DNA of 64,000 nucleotides, from assembly GCA_051942205.1 (NCBI GenBank), contig JAVECO010000086.1, positions 1-64,000 on the forward strand, given 5' to 3'. Source of the stretch: Coniocarpon cinnabarinum. Lineage: Eukaryota. Positions 22,240 through 34,402 of the stretch are shown here, in pieces. The notes under the pieces were generated by a model. That model searched no databases, was not told where the DNA came from, and saw nothing but the letters and a program-made list of their open reading frames with translations. Both the position numbers and the translations under genes were made by a program. Numbering within the stretch: the stretch's first letter is position 1; every line of letters begins with the position of its first letter.

Positions 22240-24792
22240 ATGACCCAAGAAACATCTAACAACGGCATTGGCGAAAAGCCAGTCATTCATTCTTTACAGG
22301 AGCGATATAAGAACGGCAGCGCTGAGACCGTTGCCCAAGATGAATACAAGCCACTCGAATTCGATCCGAACAGTGCATTTGCCATGGTCGTAACGAGAAA
22401 ACACGATACTCATGGCAGGCTTGACAAGACATTGCTGAAGATCAATTCTCCTCATCTCCTCCAGGCGTTTCGCGATGTCGTGGTTAGCCATCCAACTGTT
22501 CCCGAGGGGTTTGAGGCGCCAATCGAACTTGGTGAGTCTGGCGCTTTTTCGCTCTAATCCATGTATTGTCTTCAACGATCAACTTAGATAGACTTGTCCC
22601 ATGCGTTGCAGATTGTGTCTAGGAACAAGCCGATCACTATACGAGTCTTCTAGTCTCTATCTCTGTGCTTTTCGTCATGTCATTGAGGCTATCCATGCTT
22701 CTCTCGGCCTATGCTGAGATAGCCACAAATGAACGCATGACAGGCTAATATATCACAGAGAGCCCTTTCGCTATGCTTTATCACCACTGGGATGCCTTGC
22801 ACGGCCACAAAACGACCCTCACTGAGGAGACAGAGCTTTTGCACCTGGATCTTCTGCTTGACTTCATGCGCCTCGAAATGGGCAAGAAGCGCACAGACAT
22901 CGGGCGCACGGTCCAGAATGGTTCTATCAAGTTCGATGACCTGTGGGCAATCTTTCAGCCAGACGAGGTAGGCAGATAATCAGCGCTGAGACTTACACAG
23001 TTATGAAGTGATACTGAGATGTTTAATAGCTGCTTTTCCGGACTGAACGGAACTACAAGTGCTTCCTGAAGCTTGACAAGACAGTCTATGAGGAATGTCA
23101 GAAGCTCGGTCGCCGCTTCGAGATGTAGGAGCTTCACTCCGCACATTACATCTGTGATCTCCGATGTGCTGACAGCCGAGCAGTCATTGTACTCGTACCA
23201 TCAACGACGGAACTGGAGTCTACAGACGCGGCGAGGTCGTCCCGCTGTTCGAGCGCCAACTATTTGGCGGCAACACCCCTGCTAACATCACCTCGCTGCC
23301 CCTGTATCCGTTTGCGCTCTCAAAGGAGGACACGTCAGTTCGCGACGAGCTCATCGAGCGCGGTAGAAAGATTGAAGAACTCCAAGGCATCCAGACCATG
23401 CGGTACAATGGCATCTGCGAATATCAAAAAATCCCACCTCGATCTTGGTTTGATCCGAAGATGGAGGACTACGACACCGTCTGGGTGAGTACAGAAACCC
23501 GTGCAATCTGCAAAGCTCTGCGCAGCCACATGATTCACGGGCAGTTGTGTGAACGTCGCGACTGATCTTTCATTGTAGCTAGGCTTCACCGAGACAGGTC
23601 GTGTGGTCATAGACCCAAAGACCTACCTCGAAGACTACCCCATCGAAGCCAAAACACTCTCCCGCCTCTTTCCAAACGACTACAGAGCCTGGTCCACCAC
23701 GCATTTCGGCTCCCTCGAGCAAGCCAACCGCGCTCTTTGCGCCCCTTTCATCCACGGCTACTCCCTGAAGAAGAAAGAGTGGTGCAAGTTCTTCTACGAG
23801 AACCTCGAGGAAATCCAGTGGAACGAAGACGCGATCAATTCGCTTGTGATTGACGAAGGGCAGAAAGCGGTCCTGCAGGCGCTCGTGACGTCGCATCAGT
23901 TTTCGGAGAACCCGAGGGAGACGCAGGGACAGAAGGGGAAGGGACTCGTGATGCTGCTGCATGGCACGCCCGGCAGCGGTAAGACGCTGACGGCGGAAGT
24001 GGCGGCGGAGTTGTCGAAGTCGCCGCTGATGTCGATTTCGCTGGGTGAGCTTTACGAATATGAATGGTTTAACGAGGCTGTGCTCTCGGAACTGCTGCAG
24101 TACGCCACAATGTGGAAGGTGAGTCTTTCGTGTTCACCATGTGGGCTTTGAAAAGCCAGGGAGCGCACCCTCGCTAACGAGAGCTCCATAGGCCATCGTC
24201 CTCATCGACGAAGCCGACGTCTTCCTCGAATCCCGCAGCACGGGCAAAGACTCCAGCGCCCAGCGCAACGCCCTCGTCGCCACCTTCCTGCGGGCGCTTG
24301 AATACTTCTCCGGCATCGTCTTCCTAACTTCCAACCGCGTCGAAGACTTCGACGCCGCCATGAAGTCCCGCATCCACCTCGCGATCCAATACACCCCGCC
24401 GCGAAGCGAGGTCCGGCGCCAGATCTGGCGGAAGCGCCTCGGCGCCCTCCCCGACGCGGACGTCGACGACGAAGTCAGAGCGGAAAATGTGCTTGAGGAT
24501 TTGGTGCGGGAGAATATGAATGGAAGGGAGATTGCGAATGCCGTTGTGACGGCTTCGACGTTGGCGCGATTTCGGGGGTGTAAGTTGGGGGTTCGGGAAT
24601 TGGGGACGGTAAGTTTTTATCCTTGCTTGCGATGGATGGGATGGATGGCGATACTGACAGGCATAGGTCATGGATTCTTGGCGGACTTTTAATACCAGTC
24701 TTGCGAAGTTGCAGGCGCGGCCGAGGCGGAACTCGTTTGGGACGGTGATGCGGGAGAATGGTGTCAGTGCTGTTGATAATGCGGCCGTGTGA
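22240..24792 (+). CDS. Fungal AAA+ ATPase (multi-exon)
   Basis: Walker A LLHGTPGSGKTLTAE, Walker B AIVLIDEADVFLE, FLRALEYFSGIVFLTSNR, DAAMKSRIHLAI, MNGREIAN; several GT-AG introns; TGA 24790-24792. Confidence 0.9.
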
Positions 24793-25435
24793 GCAGTCAT
24801 TCTCCTTGCATTGGGTTCAGCAAAGAGAAGAGAATGGAAGTGATTCCTGTTCAATCGAAGCTTAAAGTGGTCGATATGGATGCCTAGCCATGGCATAGGG
24901 TTCAGCGCATTCTTACGAACGACGAATGAATGCAAGGCTACGATGTTGACTGAACATCGATAGCAGCGTATAAGGCGTGAGGACTTTCCCAGAGCCGGCC
25001 GTGCTGCAAGCAAAGAGGTGACCTCGAAACTTGGGATAAAAGGCAGCTCCTGCATCTGTTAATCTGCTGTAAAGCGCCATGCCGTCGCACAGCCAGAAGC
25101 ACTCTTCAATCAACGGCTCCCTATAGGTCTACCCTTTTAATTAAGAGATGCACGGATGAACATGCTGTGATAGCATCGTGCCAGCGCATAGCCCGAAATA
25201 GCGTAAAGAATACGTTGAATGTCTGAAAATAAGGCAGAGTGATCACATTGCCAAATGCTCTCCCAATCAATTCCTGCTCTCTGATGGCACCACGCTTTAC
25301 AAGACGCCAAAACAAGAAGCGAATGTATCGTATTAAATGAGTGTATCTATAATAAGTCTTGGTCTCCACAGGATCTCCCAGATCCACTACCAGTATACTC
25401 GTTCTCCAAGCTGTAGCTGCATCATTCTGCAGGGT

Positions 25436-27013
25436 TTACAGACTGATACTCCCCTCGGCAGCACACATCCGCAACCGCTCCAGCTCCGGTGGCTCTTCCC
25501 TCACCTCCTCACTCCGACGCCGTCCATGCCGGATCGAGCCGTCCGACAAATTCCGCTCAGCTTTCGAGGCATCGTCCTTAGCTTGAGACGCGCTCTGCCT
25601 CAGTGGATCGACGAAAGTAATGTGCTCAACGGGTGAAATCGGCTGTGGCGCGAGGAGCTGAGGCTCAGTGGCCTTGTTGCCAAGTGGATGCTCCAGGGAG
25701 GTAGGCGAGGTGTTGCCGTCTGCGTTGGCGGTCAAGTATGAGGACTTGTCATCGACGGTGGACGGGCTGGGATTAGCGCTTCGCAGGGCAGCGAGGCTTC
25801 TGGTATCATTTGCAGCATTAGTGCGCCATGCAATGCTGTTATCTTGAGTGGGCGTAGTTTGATTCCCCATTGGCGCAGGCGGAGGTGCAAAGGCGCTTTC
25901 AAAGGGGTTTTTGAGCTCGCTGCCGTCCGGTGCAGGCGTACCGATTATGGGCGAGAGAACATGTCCACGCATGTGCGGTGGCACTGGCGCAGAGACGACG
26001 CGCTTATGCTTGTTGGGCGGAGTTTTGCCTTGACTTGAGACCGGTGGCGGACCGGACGCCATTGAGACGTGAACAGGTGTGGAGCTGGGGTTGCCGGCAG
26101 TGGAATTAGCAGAGCTGACGGAGTTGCTGCGACTTCGAGGCCCAGATGACCCTGCAAGAGCTGTCGACATGCGACGGAAAACATTCCAGCCACCGCCAGG
26201 AACATTGCCGTTGAGTTGGACGCTGTTAGAAGAGCTAGGGTTGAAGACCTGTCCGCTTGCAGACTCATTCGAGGTGTGCGATGTGGCGCGGGTGCGTGAA
26301 CCCGCAGATCCCGTTATGGAGGAATTAGACACGACAGAGGCGCGACGCATTGCTTGACCGACGGCGTCGTCGTGGAGCTCCATCATGTTGAGCACGCCTT
26401 TGAGCGCGGAGACAGCAGCAGAGACGGCAAAGCGCACGAGAGCGTAAGCAGAGTCGGCGCGTGCCATGATGACATCTTGAGAGCAGCTCTCTAACGTATT
26501 CAGCTGGTCAAGGCAGACTTGAACGGCATCGGCGATGAATGTGGTGCCAAGCATGAAAGCCATTGCAGCGTCTTCCTGGACGTGCAAGGGCTGCTGCTGG
26601 ATTTGAGTCGACGCGGTGGACATGAGCTTGTCAATCGTGCCATCTGCGTAGGCGCGCTGAGCCGTGATGTTGGCGTTGAGGCGATCATGAAGACTCTGTT
26701 GATGCATCTCTCCATCCTCTTCCGTGGCGTCGACGCTGCTGGCTGCTTCCTTCAGTCCGTCGTGTACAGTCTTGAAAGCCTCCTCGTGGGACCAGGCGAT
26801 GCCCGAGTTGAGGCTGTCAAGCACTGCAATAAGCTTGTCAGCTTCACCATCGAGGCTGACGTTTAGTCTAGCAATGTAGTCGGTGCCATGGAGGTAATGT
26901 GCGGACTGAAGATTGGAGAAGAAGTTGAAATTGCCGGTGCGGCTGGCGGCATGGAGATTATGTTGCACTAATGCTAAACGCTGTGTCCAGTGGAGGCTCT
27001 TATTCACAGTCAT
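25436..27013 (-). CDS. Hypothetical protein (525 aa): helical N-half, S/P/N-rich disordered C-half
   Basis: Uninterrupted ATG-started ORF with protein-like composition; no family recognised. Confidence 0.75.
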   Translation of the reverse strand: MTVNKSLHWTQRLALVQHNLHAASRTGNFNFFSNLQSAHYLHGTDYIARLNVSLDGEADKLIAVLDSLNSGIAWSHEEAFKTVHDGLKEAASSVDATEEDGEMHQQSLHDRLNANITAQRAYADGTIDKLMSTASTQIQQQPLHVQEDAAMAFMLGTTFIADAVQVCLDQLNTLESCSQDVIMARADSAYALVRFAVSAAVSALKGVLNMMELHDDAVGQAMRRASVVSNSSITGSAGSRTRATSHTSNESASGQVFNPSSSNSVQLNGNVPGGGWNVFRRMSTALAGSSGPRSRSNSVSSANSTAGNPSSTPVHVSMASGPPPVSSQGKTPPNKHKRVVSAPVPPHMRGHVLSPIIGTPAPDGSELKNPFESAFAPPPAPMGNQTTPTQDNSIAWRTNAANDTRSLAALRSANPSPSTVDDKSSYLTANADGNTSPTSLEHPLGNKATEPQLLAPQPISPVEHITFVDPLRQSASQAKDDASKAERNLSDGSIRHGRRRSEEVREEPPELERLRMCAAEGSISL

Positions 27014-28397
27014 GGCACGAAGATCAGGGTTTCAGTAGCTTGAATCTGACAGAAGTTCCCTGTGTCTGTTGCCGAGGAAGGAGCGACTCATACAAACGAT
27101 TGAAGATGGTACCGTCAAAAGGAATGATGAGCGAGAACTTGCCGATACGCATCGAGCAGGGGAGCAAGACGACGCACAACATGGAGCTGCCTCATGTTTC
27201 TTTTGCTTGAACTTGAAGTTCATTGTTTCATATCGTGGCCTCGTCTCAGCGTGTCTGAGGAACAAGGGAAAGGGTGACGCAAACGGATAGGAAATGAAGA
27301 TAGGGAAGAGTAGGCGAAAGGTTGGAATATCTTTGTCTTTGACAGCTTGCCTATATTCTACAGTCTTATTAAAGTTTCTGTTCCAGAAAGAGAGCTTCAC
27401 GACTGCGCACGTAACGTTTTTCCTGATAGGAGGGATGTTCACGATTGAAGCACGAAAGAGATGATTCGCGGGTCAAGCAGCGTGGGCGACCTTGGACGCA
27501 CGCTCTGGCGCTATCAAGTTTCAATGTTCGGGCCATATCATCTAGAACGCAGCCTGCTATTCTGGCATACCAACGAGAAGGAGAAGATATAGAACAACCT
27601 CGAGGAAATGCTTTGGGTAGGAACGAGCCAGACGAGCTAGGAGATGAGATGACGGCGTTAAGACTAGCGCCGGGGGAAGCGACACAAGGTCCGTGCTGTG
27701 CCAAGCCATCCGAGATGTGGCTAGTGATATGTGGCTCGTGCGCGGAAAATCGAGTGGCAGGTGGGGCAAATCTCAGTCGTCCGGGGTAGTCAATGAGTGG
27801 TGGTCACCACAGTTACAGTCGCGCACCAGGGCAACGGCAAGCAAGGTTGCATCCGTATAAGCTATGCAAGAGTGCGACTCGTGTCGAGTAGGCTGATATC
27901 AATACATCGCATGATTAATTCCCTCTTGACGTATTTCCAAGCCAGCTTTGTCGCGTGTGGCGGGTCGATCCAGAAAAGTCGGTGGCTGCACCACCACCAC
28001 CACCAGGAAGGCTGGGAAACTCTGTCCTCCTCTACCTGTAGCCCTCCGTCTCCTCCATTCCACTTCTGACTTTCTTCTCATTCCTCTCGTTCCGACGTTC
28101 GGCTGTCACTCAGGCCTGTCATCCGCTTCTCCAGCTCGTGCAGCCGTGGTGTTGAAGCCGGTGGTAGCTGTCGTCGCTCGTTTCTTCTGAAGAGCTCAAG
28201 ATTGATACTTGTTACAGGCACAAAGCCACTGCTCGGAGTTGCGCATTCCTCGCATCGCTTCATACATTGTCGAAAGAACAAAATCGCATCATTCTTAACA
28301 CTGGGCACAAAATCGAGGACAAAGGCATTGAGCCCGCCTGCATTCCTCACGGCTCACCCCACCACTACCCTCCATTGCATCGATAATCACGATCACC

Positions 28398-29609
28398 ATG
28401 CGTCGATGCAGCCTTCTTGCCTTGCCCTCCACACTCCTCCAGATCCTGCTCTTCTCACCTCTACCCGCCATTGCCGGCCCATTCACCGTCGAACACACAA
28501 CAACCTACACCACCGTCGTCCCTTCCCATGCCTCCGACCCCCACAGCAACCACACGCACACCATTGTCGAACGGGGCTGCGCTAACCCCTGCGGCTACTA
28601 TGGCCAAGTATGTTGTCAAGCCGGCGAATCCTGCTTCACCGACGCCAACAACCAAGCACAATGCGGCGGAAGCGGGGTTGGTTCGGGCTCTGGTCAGGTT
28701 ACAGGAGGCAGCGGCGGATACTGGCAGTACTACACAAGCACATACGTCGAAACAGACCTAGAAACCCACACGACAACATACTCCTCGTACATGGGTGGCG
28801 GCGCTGTTCAGACATCGACCTACTGTCCGCCGTCGGCTTCGCCTGCGGCAGCACAATGTGACTGGAATTCGGGCGAGAGTAGTTGCGGCAACATTTGCTG
28901 CTCAGCGGGACAGTACTGCCAGGTCGCTGGACAATGCGCTCCTGCTGCCGGCGGCTCTGTGTCCGCACCGCTAAGACCAACCATGTCCGGCAGCTACACC
29001 GTCGCGACGCAAACCCAGTACTCAACGACTACCACACAGCCTTTCATCTCACCCGTTGCCACCGGACAGCAAGCCAATGTCACAGCCACATCTGCACAAG
29101 GCGGTGGTGGCCTCTCTGGCGGCGCCATTGCTGGTATTGTCATCGGTGTCCTCCTAGGATTATTATTGCTTGCCCTTCTCATCTTCTTCTGCTGCATTCG
29201 AGGGCTGTACAAGACCTTCTTCGGCGGCGGGCGGCGAAAGCGCAGAAACACGACTGTCGTCGAAGAGACCTATCATCGCTCCAACCGCGGCGGGGCAGCT
29301 CGCAGCAACGCAAAGTGGTATGGTGCACCACCCAGTCGACGTGTCGTCGAAGAGCGCAAGACAACGAGAAGATTCGGTCCAGGTATCGGTGGCGCAATTG
29401 GCGGTGCATTCGGCTTTGGTCGGAATAAGAGGAACCAAGATCGCAGGAGGAGATATACAGAGAAGAGCGATGTCAGCAGTAGCTATTACAGCTCGGACTA
29501 CACAAGAAGTAAGTCATAGGTCATCTCTCAAACACGACTGAAGTACAATGCTAACAGTAGCCTAGGTTCGAGCAGCGGTAGACGCACAAGAGATACACGG
29601 CGGATTTAG
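28398..29609 (+). CDS. Single-pass membrane protein with Cys-rich and S/T-rich ectodomain (Mid2-like architecture)
   Basis: Signal peptide; CANPCGYYGQVCC and CGNICCSAGQYC clusters; TM GLSGGAIAGIVIGVLLGLLLLALLIFFCC; Arg-rich tail; 3' intron about 29509-29565, TAG 29607-29609. Confidence 0.8.
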
Positions 29610-31065
29610 TGGACTTCAACACGGGAAATGGAACATGGCATGAGCGATTGATGAAGGCGTCTGAGCGGTGACGTGTGATGTATATACGAGGGATGAGCAT
29701 CCGGGGGCGTTGTCTGATTCGACGCATCTTCGATTCGATCCGAGGGATTGTATATGTAGGTGGGATTGATACCCAAGAGCTTTGAGAGGTTCTTACAGAT
29801 GCCGATGGAGGCTGCATAAATAGCATACTAGCAATGACTAATCTCATCAAAGTCATTTTATCTTTCTTATCTTCTGCATGGTCATATTTTTGTTCTTATT
29901 TTAGTTGTAGTTTTGACGTCTTTAAAAGAGGCGGTGGGCGATGCACGGTCGACGAGCCCAGACGAGCATCGTCAGCCGATATGCTTCTGCGAGAATAACT
30001 TCGTTGATCGTCATGTTCTATATTATGGTGCTATTTCAAGCAGTAGCGATACGCGACAGATATTCTCGGGGGAACGTCAGCTGCCTGTAGGCCTTGCTGT
30101 CTTGTTGCTTGCTGGCCGTTTCTTCATTTATGATACATGTAGGATTGGCGGTGGTGTAGGGAAGATGATTTCGTGGGGATAGGCCTTTGCTTGGTACTTG
30201 ACATGTGAAAGCGAAACGAGGATGGCGCATCCACAGCAGGTAAGTCGGCTCGAAGTCGTGCAAGATGTCTCAGTACCCCCTTGGATACAGCGCCGCAATT
30301 GTAGCTGTGAATCTGGAATTTGACAACTGGTGTCGAAGATGGCGTGCAAACTGTTGAGAAAAAACCCTCTTGACACCTTTGAATCTGGAGGTCGCGTGGG
30401 ATGGAAATTTGAGGTCGTAGTGATACAGGCATTTGAGGCGAATAAGTACCGTTCAGCGCGGGCGCATTGTTCTACTATGCAGAGTCTTCTGTTAAATGCA
30501 CTTGTTTCGTGTTGTTGAACAGCCATCTGCGATTAGTCTGCAACTAAACCAAGCCTTGCGGGAAGAAAATGTTTGGCCAAGGATCCATGGACATTTGTTC
30601 TCTTTCCCAGCCGTAACGGGCGGAACCCGGGGTCATGGTACTGTGTCGCTTGTCTATCTCATGCGAGTCCAAGCGGGAGAGGCTTAAGACACATCACTGG
30701 TTTATTGAGGATATTGTCTTGAATGAGTGACGATATGGTGGTCGCATGTATTGACAATAACCGACAGTCTGAGGATAATGAATGACATATTGGTGAAGAT
30801 GACCTTGATGAATCCCCAAAACGCTGCCAGGTACATTTCAAAAAAAGCTGGAGTCGTCAACCTCGAGAAGGGCAGAGCATATCCCCGCGCTGCGCCAGCC
30901 TCCCGCCGATCAGATCAATTCGAGTGAGGAAAGTCCGTAGTCACAAATTCTTGGTCGTTCTGATCTCCAGACCAGGAAGACCACAATTGGATTCGAAGTA
31001 ACTATGCGTGGTACGTTCGAGGATGAATTCAGGCTCTGCGAGCAACTTTGGTAAGGACCGTTTCC

Positions 31066-32652
31066 TCAAACTGGAGTGTCCGGCGGGCGTCGGGCGCGAG
31101 CGATTCTGGGAGTGATATGCATCCTCCACCAGCCTTTCCAGCGTTTAAATGCAGCCTGCGCGTACAGCTGCACAACCCGGACTGGAGAGACATTGTAGTA
31201 TTGCTCCTCCTCGTACCAACCTTCATCATGTGCAGCATTTACACGTGCCTGTTGCCAAGCTGTTTCAACGGACGGGTTCACGTAAATGATCAAAGCACAT
31301 AACATTCCAGCGACTAGAGCTAGCGTGAAAAACCAACCCAGGCCGATAGAGCCGCCGTTGAATTGCTTGAGGTTCATTCCTAAGAAGGAGGTGGCAAAAT
31401 TGAGAGGAAGAAAGATGCACGCGATGACGCCGAGCCTGCGTCACACATGTTCAGCTACGGGAACCTCGCACATGTTGCACCATTAGAAAAAAGATAAGAC
31501 CCGACTTACCTGCGTGTGGAAGACGTCTCCTGCAATGATTGCCTCGCCTGCCTTGTTGCGGCACTTGACGCCATCGACTGTAGAACGTCTTGCTGAGCCT
31601 TAGCCTGGAGCGTGCCTTCGCGAATCACCATATTCAAGTCTTCTATTGTCAAGGCAAACGCCTCGTGAGAAAGTCTCCGCGCTGGTTCTGCGTGACGTTG
31701 AAATGCGCTGAGAGATTGCCGGCAAATTTGCAGGCCGGAGTTTCGCGCTCGCAATACTCTATTGTCAAACTGTAGTTCTGATTCGTTGCGGAAAGCTTCG
31801 TCCATGCCATAGTTGCCAACACTTGGGACTACGAAGTCATGCATCTGATCAGTGGCCGCGTCCTTCAACACAATTTCCAAATAAATTGACGCAATGTCCA
31901 TAGGGCTTTCCAAGAGCTCGTTGAGCCTTGGCTGTTCCAGTTGATGCAAAGACCTTACCAAAAGACTGAGATGAGCTTATGCGGAGAGCTTTCAGCATGA
32001 ATCGCAATCACAACAGAGTGAACTTAGCTCACCAGGCTGATACTCACCCTCATCCTGCCCGAGAGCAATAACTTCATTTGTCAGTGTTTTCCTGCGCTGC
32101 AGCTCTGAGTCGTACGTACTCGCAGGTATTCTGTTGTACTCCACTGCCAACGTACTTATGAATGATGTCTGCGCATCTACCAACAGTTGCAGATACGTCC
32201 TTTGCACAGGAATGGGGTGCGAAAACGCTGGCTCTGGCACGAAAGTTGCTCTCCGACCTTAAGCTAGATGTGCAGATAGGGAGTAAGGATCTAGCTGATA
32301 TTTGAGAGCAATGTAGTCAAGGTAAGAGATATTGATCGAGGAGTTGTCGGCAAGCTGCCAGAGCACGAACCTGCAGCGCAAGCCTTGTGGTACGTTTTCA
32401 AGTGCGTTGACGAGATCAGTGTGAACGCGACCACGAAGGGGCACCACTAATTTTGTTTCCGTGACTTCATTCGTCACGTCGATTATGTGCAGAGTTGTGT
32501 GATCGGATCCAGGGCCTAGGAGCCGACCTTGAGGAGATGCCACGGCGAAGTGTCGAAGCCAGACGAAAATGCTCAGACCTCGAGTCAGCTATCCCTAGAG
32601 TGTCCGCGTATCGTAATGGATCATCCGAGGGAGAGTTCGTCTGATCTACCAT
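31066..32652 (-). pseudogene. CorA-like membrane protein gene, apparently disrupted
   Basis: C-terminal IFLPLNFATSFLGMN plus a second TM helix; in-frame TAA at 32261-32259 between collinear ORFs, and a frame change near 32500-32545 with no evident intron. Confidence 0.6.
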
Positions 32653-32858
32653 TGCTGAAGAAAGTTGAGAAGTTTTCAGCAATCCACGGAAGAATAAACG
32701 CGTTTTGAAGGTGTTCAATAGGAGATGAAATGGTCGACTTTTCGACTAGGGGTTACATTTGTTGCCTGATCGTGGGCAGTGCAGCACACATCATCCTCGA
32801 GCCTTGCGCCAATCAGGCGATTGTGCAATAACGGCGAGCTGAAGCAACGTAAGGCCAA

Positions 32859-32945
32859 GACACCAAAACACCAAAACACCAAAACAAAAAAACAGAAAAG
32901 AAAAAGAACTTAAAAAGATGAAACAAAATAAGAAACCACAAAAAT
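32859..32945 (+). repeat. (CACCAAAA)3 followed by an A-rich tract
   Basis: caccaaaacaccaaaacaccaaaacaaaaaaacagaaaagaaaaagaac... Confidence 0.8.
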
Positions 32946-33280
32946 CAGCCCAGTGAGACGCTCTGCAACAAGGACCTCGACAACATGCCTATGTGGCACT
33001 TGAAGAAATGGGTGTACCCTTCATGTAGCAAATGCTCGACACGTGTTGATACCGTTAGAGCGCACTTTCCCTTTTTGCAGTGTGGTGCCGTTGCACGCTC
33101 AAGGCAGCCTGAACCTCAAGATGCGCGCACCTGAAACTGCGGTGCTCCAGAAACTGTTGGTGATGTTGAGCGCCGCCAGCCGACCAATAGTGTGTGTGTG
33201 AGACGTATGTAGATCACCTGACATACTTGCAGTAAAGTTAACCAGTCCTTTGAAGATGCACTGCGGCTGCTTTCTACTCC

Positions 33281-34402
33281 TTAGTCGCCATACTCAATGA
33301 CCTCGAGGTGTCGCCGCTCCCTAAGTCTTATGCGCACACAGCGAAGTGCATTTTCTGTGTCATTGGCCCAGTCTATGCCCAAGTGGTGGCAGACGTTCTT
33401 GAAATACCGCATTTTGAAGGGTTCGCCGCCATGTTCGCGATGAAATGCCTCCTCTAGGTCACCAGCCGCTGCTTTTACTTCCTTTACGCTTGTGTACTCT
33501 GAAGGTTCGAAATCTTCCGTATTGTAGCCTGTGCTCTCGCGGAGGCGATTCGCAATTCCGGGGAGAGCGCGACAGACTGCCTCGACATGCTGGGGCGGCT
33601 TTGGTAGCGACTGGCCTCTCGGCAGGTAGCCAGTCTCGTAGGGATCGCTCGAGGAGCCAATGTTGACTCTGCTGGAATAATTCGGAGGTGGTCCACGACC
33701 ATCTCTACTGATCGCGGAACCTGGATGAACGGTGCTCTTACTGAATGACTCAACCTCAGGGCGGCTGTCTATAACGGAGCTTCTTCTCTTTGAACGCTTT
33801 GTGTCTGTGGTCACCCCTGACGACTTTTCTCCATGGCGTCTGAGCAACTTTGGCAAATGCGGTGCCGGTAAGAGGTGTTGTCGCGAAGGCTCTTCGGATT
33901 GGTACGATGATGGCTCCGAAACGATCGGACCTGACGTTTGGGATCTACCTGGTGGAGCGTAATAACTATCGTAAGACTGATTTGGAGGCGTTGGATAGTC
34001 CCTGCCTGATGGAAACCCTTGAAACGTGCTAGAACGCTCTTGTGGCTGTGCAGGGCGACGATGAGCCCGGAAATTTAGGTGTTCTATTCCTGCCTGAAGA
34101 TCCTCTATGAAGCCTGGGTGTGGCTGAGGAGGGGGCTGCTGAGTCGCTGATTCAGGAGAAAATGGAGCGGTATATTGCTGGCTGAATGGATTCAGATGCG
34201 GTGGATGCAAATCAGGAACAGGCATCTGAGGGCGTGGTACTCTAGCAGGGCGCCAATGCAACCTACCGTCGCGTCCCGTTGTCCACGTGCCTCTGTCAGG
34301 GTATGACCCAGACATGGCCGAGTGTCTTTTGGCTTGTCGTGCGATATGAGGAGACGCCTGGCTTGGTTGAAAGTTGGACCGAGACCGTAACCGTGATGGC
34401 AC
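33281..34402 (-). CDS. Hypothetical Pro/Ser/Arg-rich protein; both ends uncertain
   Basis: 373-aa ORF, mostly low complexity, with a folded-looking C-terminal part (FKNVCHHLGIDW). Splice-like signals at about 33150-33340 suggest further exons. Confidence 0.55.
   Translation of the reverse strand: MPSRLRSRSNFQPSQASPHIARQAKRHSAMSGSYPDRGTWTTGRDGRLHWRPARVPRPQMPVPDLHPPHLNPFSQQYTAPFSPESATQQPPPQPHPGFIEDLQAGIEHLNFRAHRRPAQPQERSSTFQGFPSGRDYPTPPNQSYDSYYAPPGRSQTSGPIVSEPSSYQSEEPSRQHLLPAPHLPKLLRRHGEKSSGVTTDTKRSKRRSSVIDSRPEVESFSKSTVHPGSAISRDGRGPPPNYSSRVNIGSSSDPYETGYLPRGQSLPKPPQHVEAVCRALPGIANRLRESTGYNTEDFEPSEYTSVKEVKAAAGDLEEAFHREHGGEPFKMRYFKNVCHHLGIDWANDTENALRCVRIRLRERRHLEVIEYGD

Noticed and set aside
22697..22722. 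Weak resemblance to the U2 snRNA 5' end
   Set aside because: Lacks the GTAGTA branch-pairing sequence and Sm site.
30926..30936. GAGGAAAGTCC, resembling the RNase P/MRP conserved region I
   Set aside because: No partner P4 strand or other conserved regions found nearby.
32859..32945. A-rich tract as a retroelement poly(A) tail
   Set aside because: No adjacent RT, Pol III boxes or target-site duplication; treated as a simple repeat.
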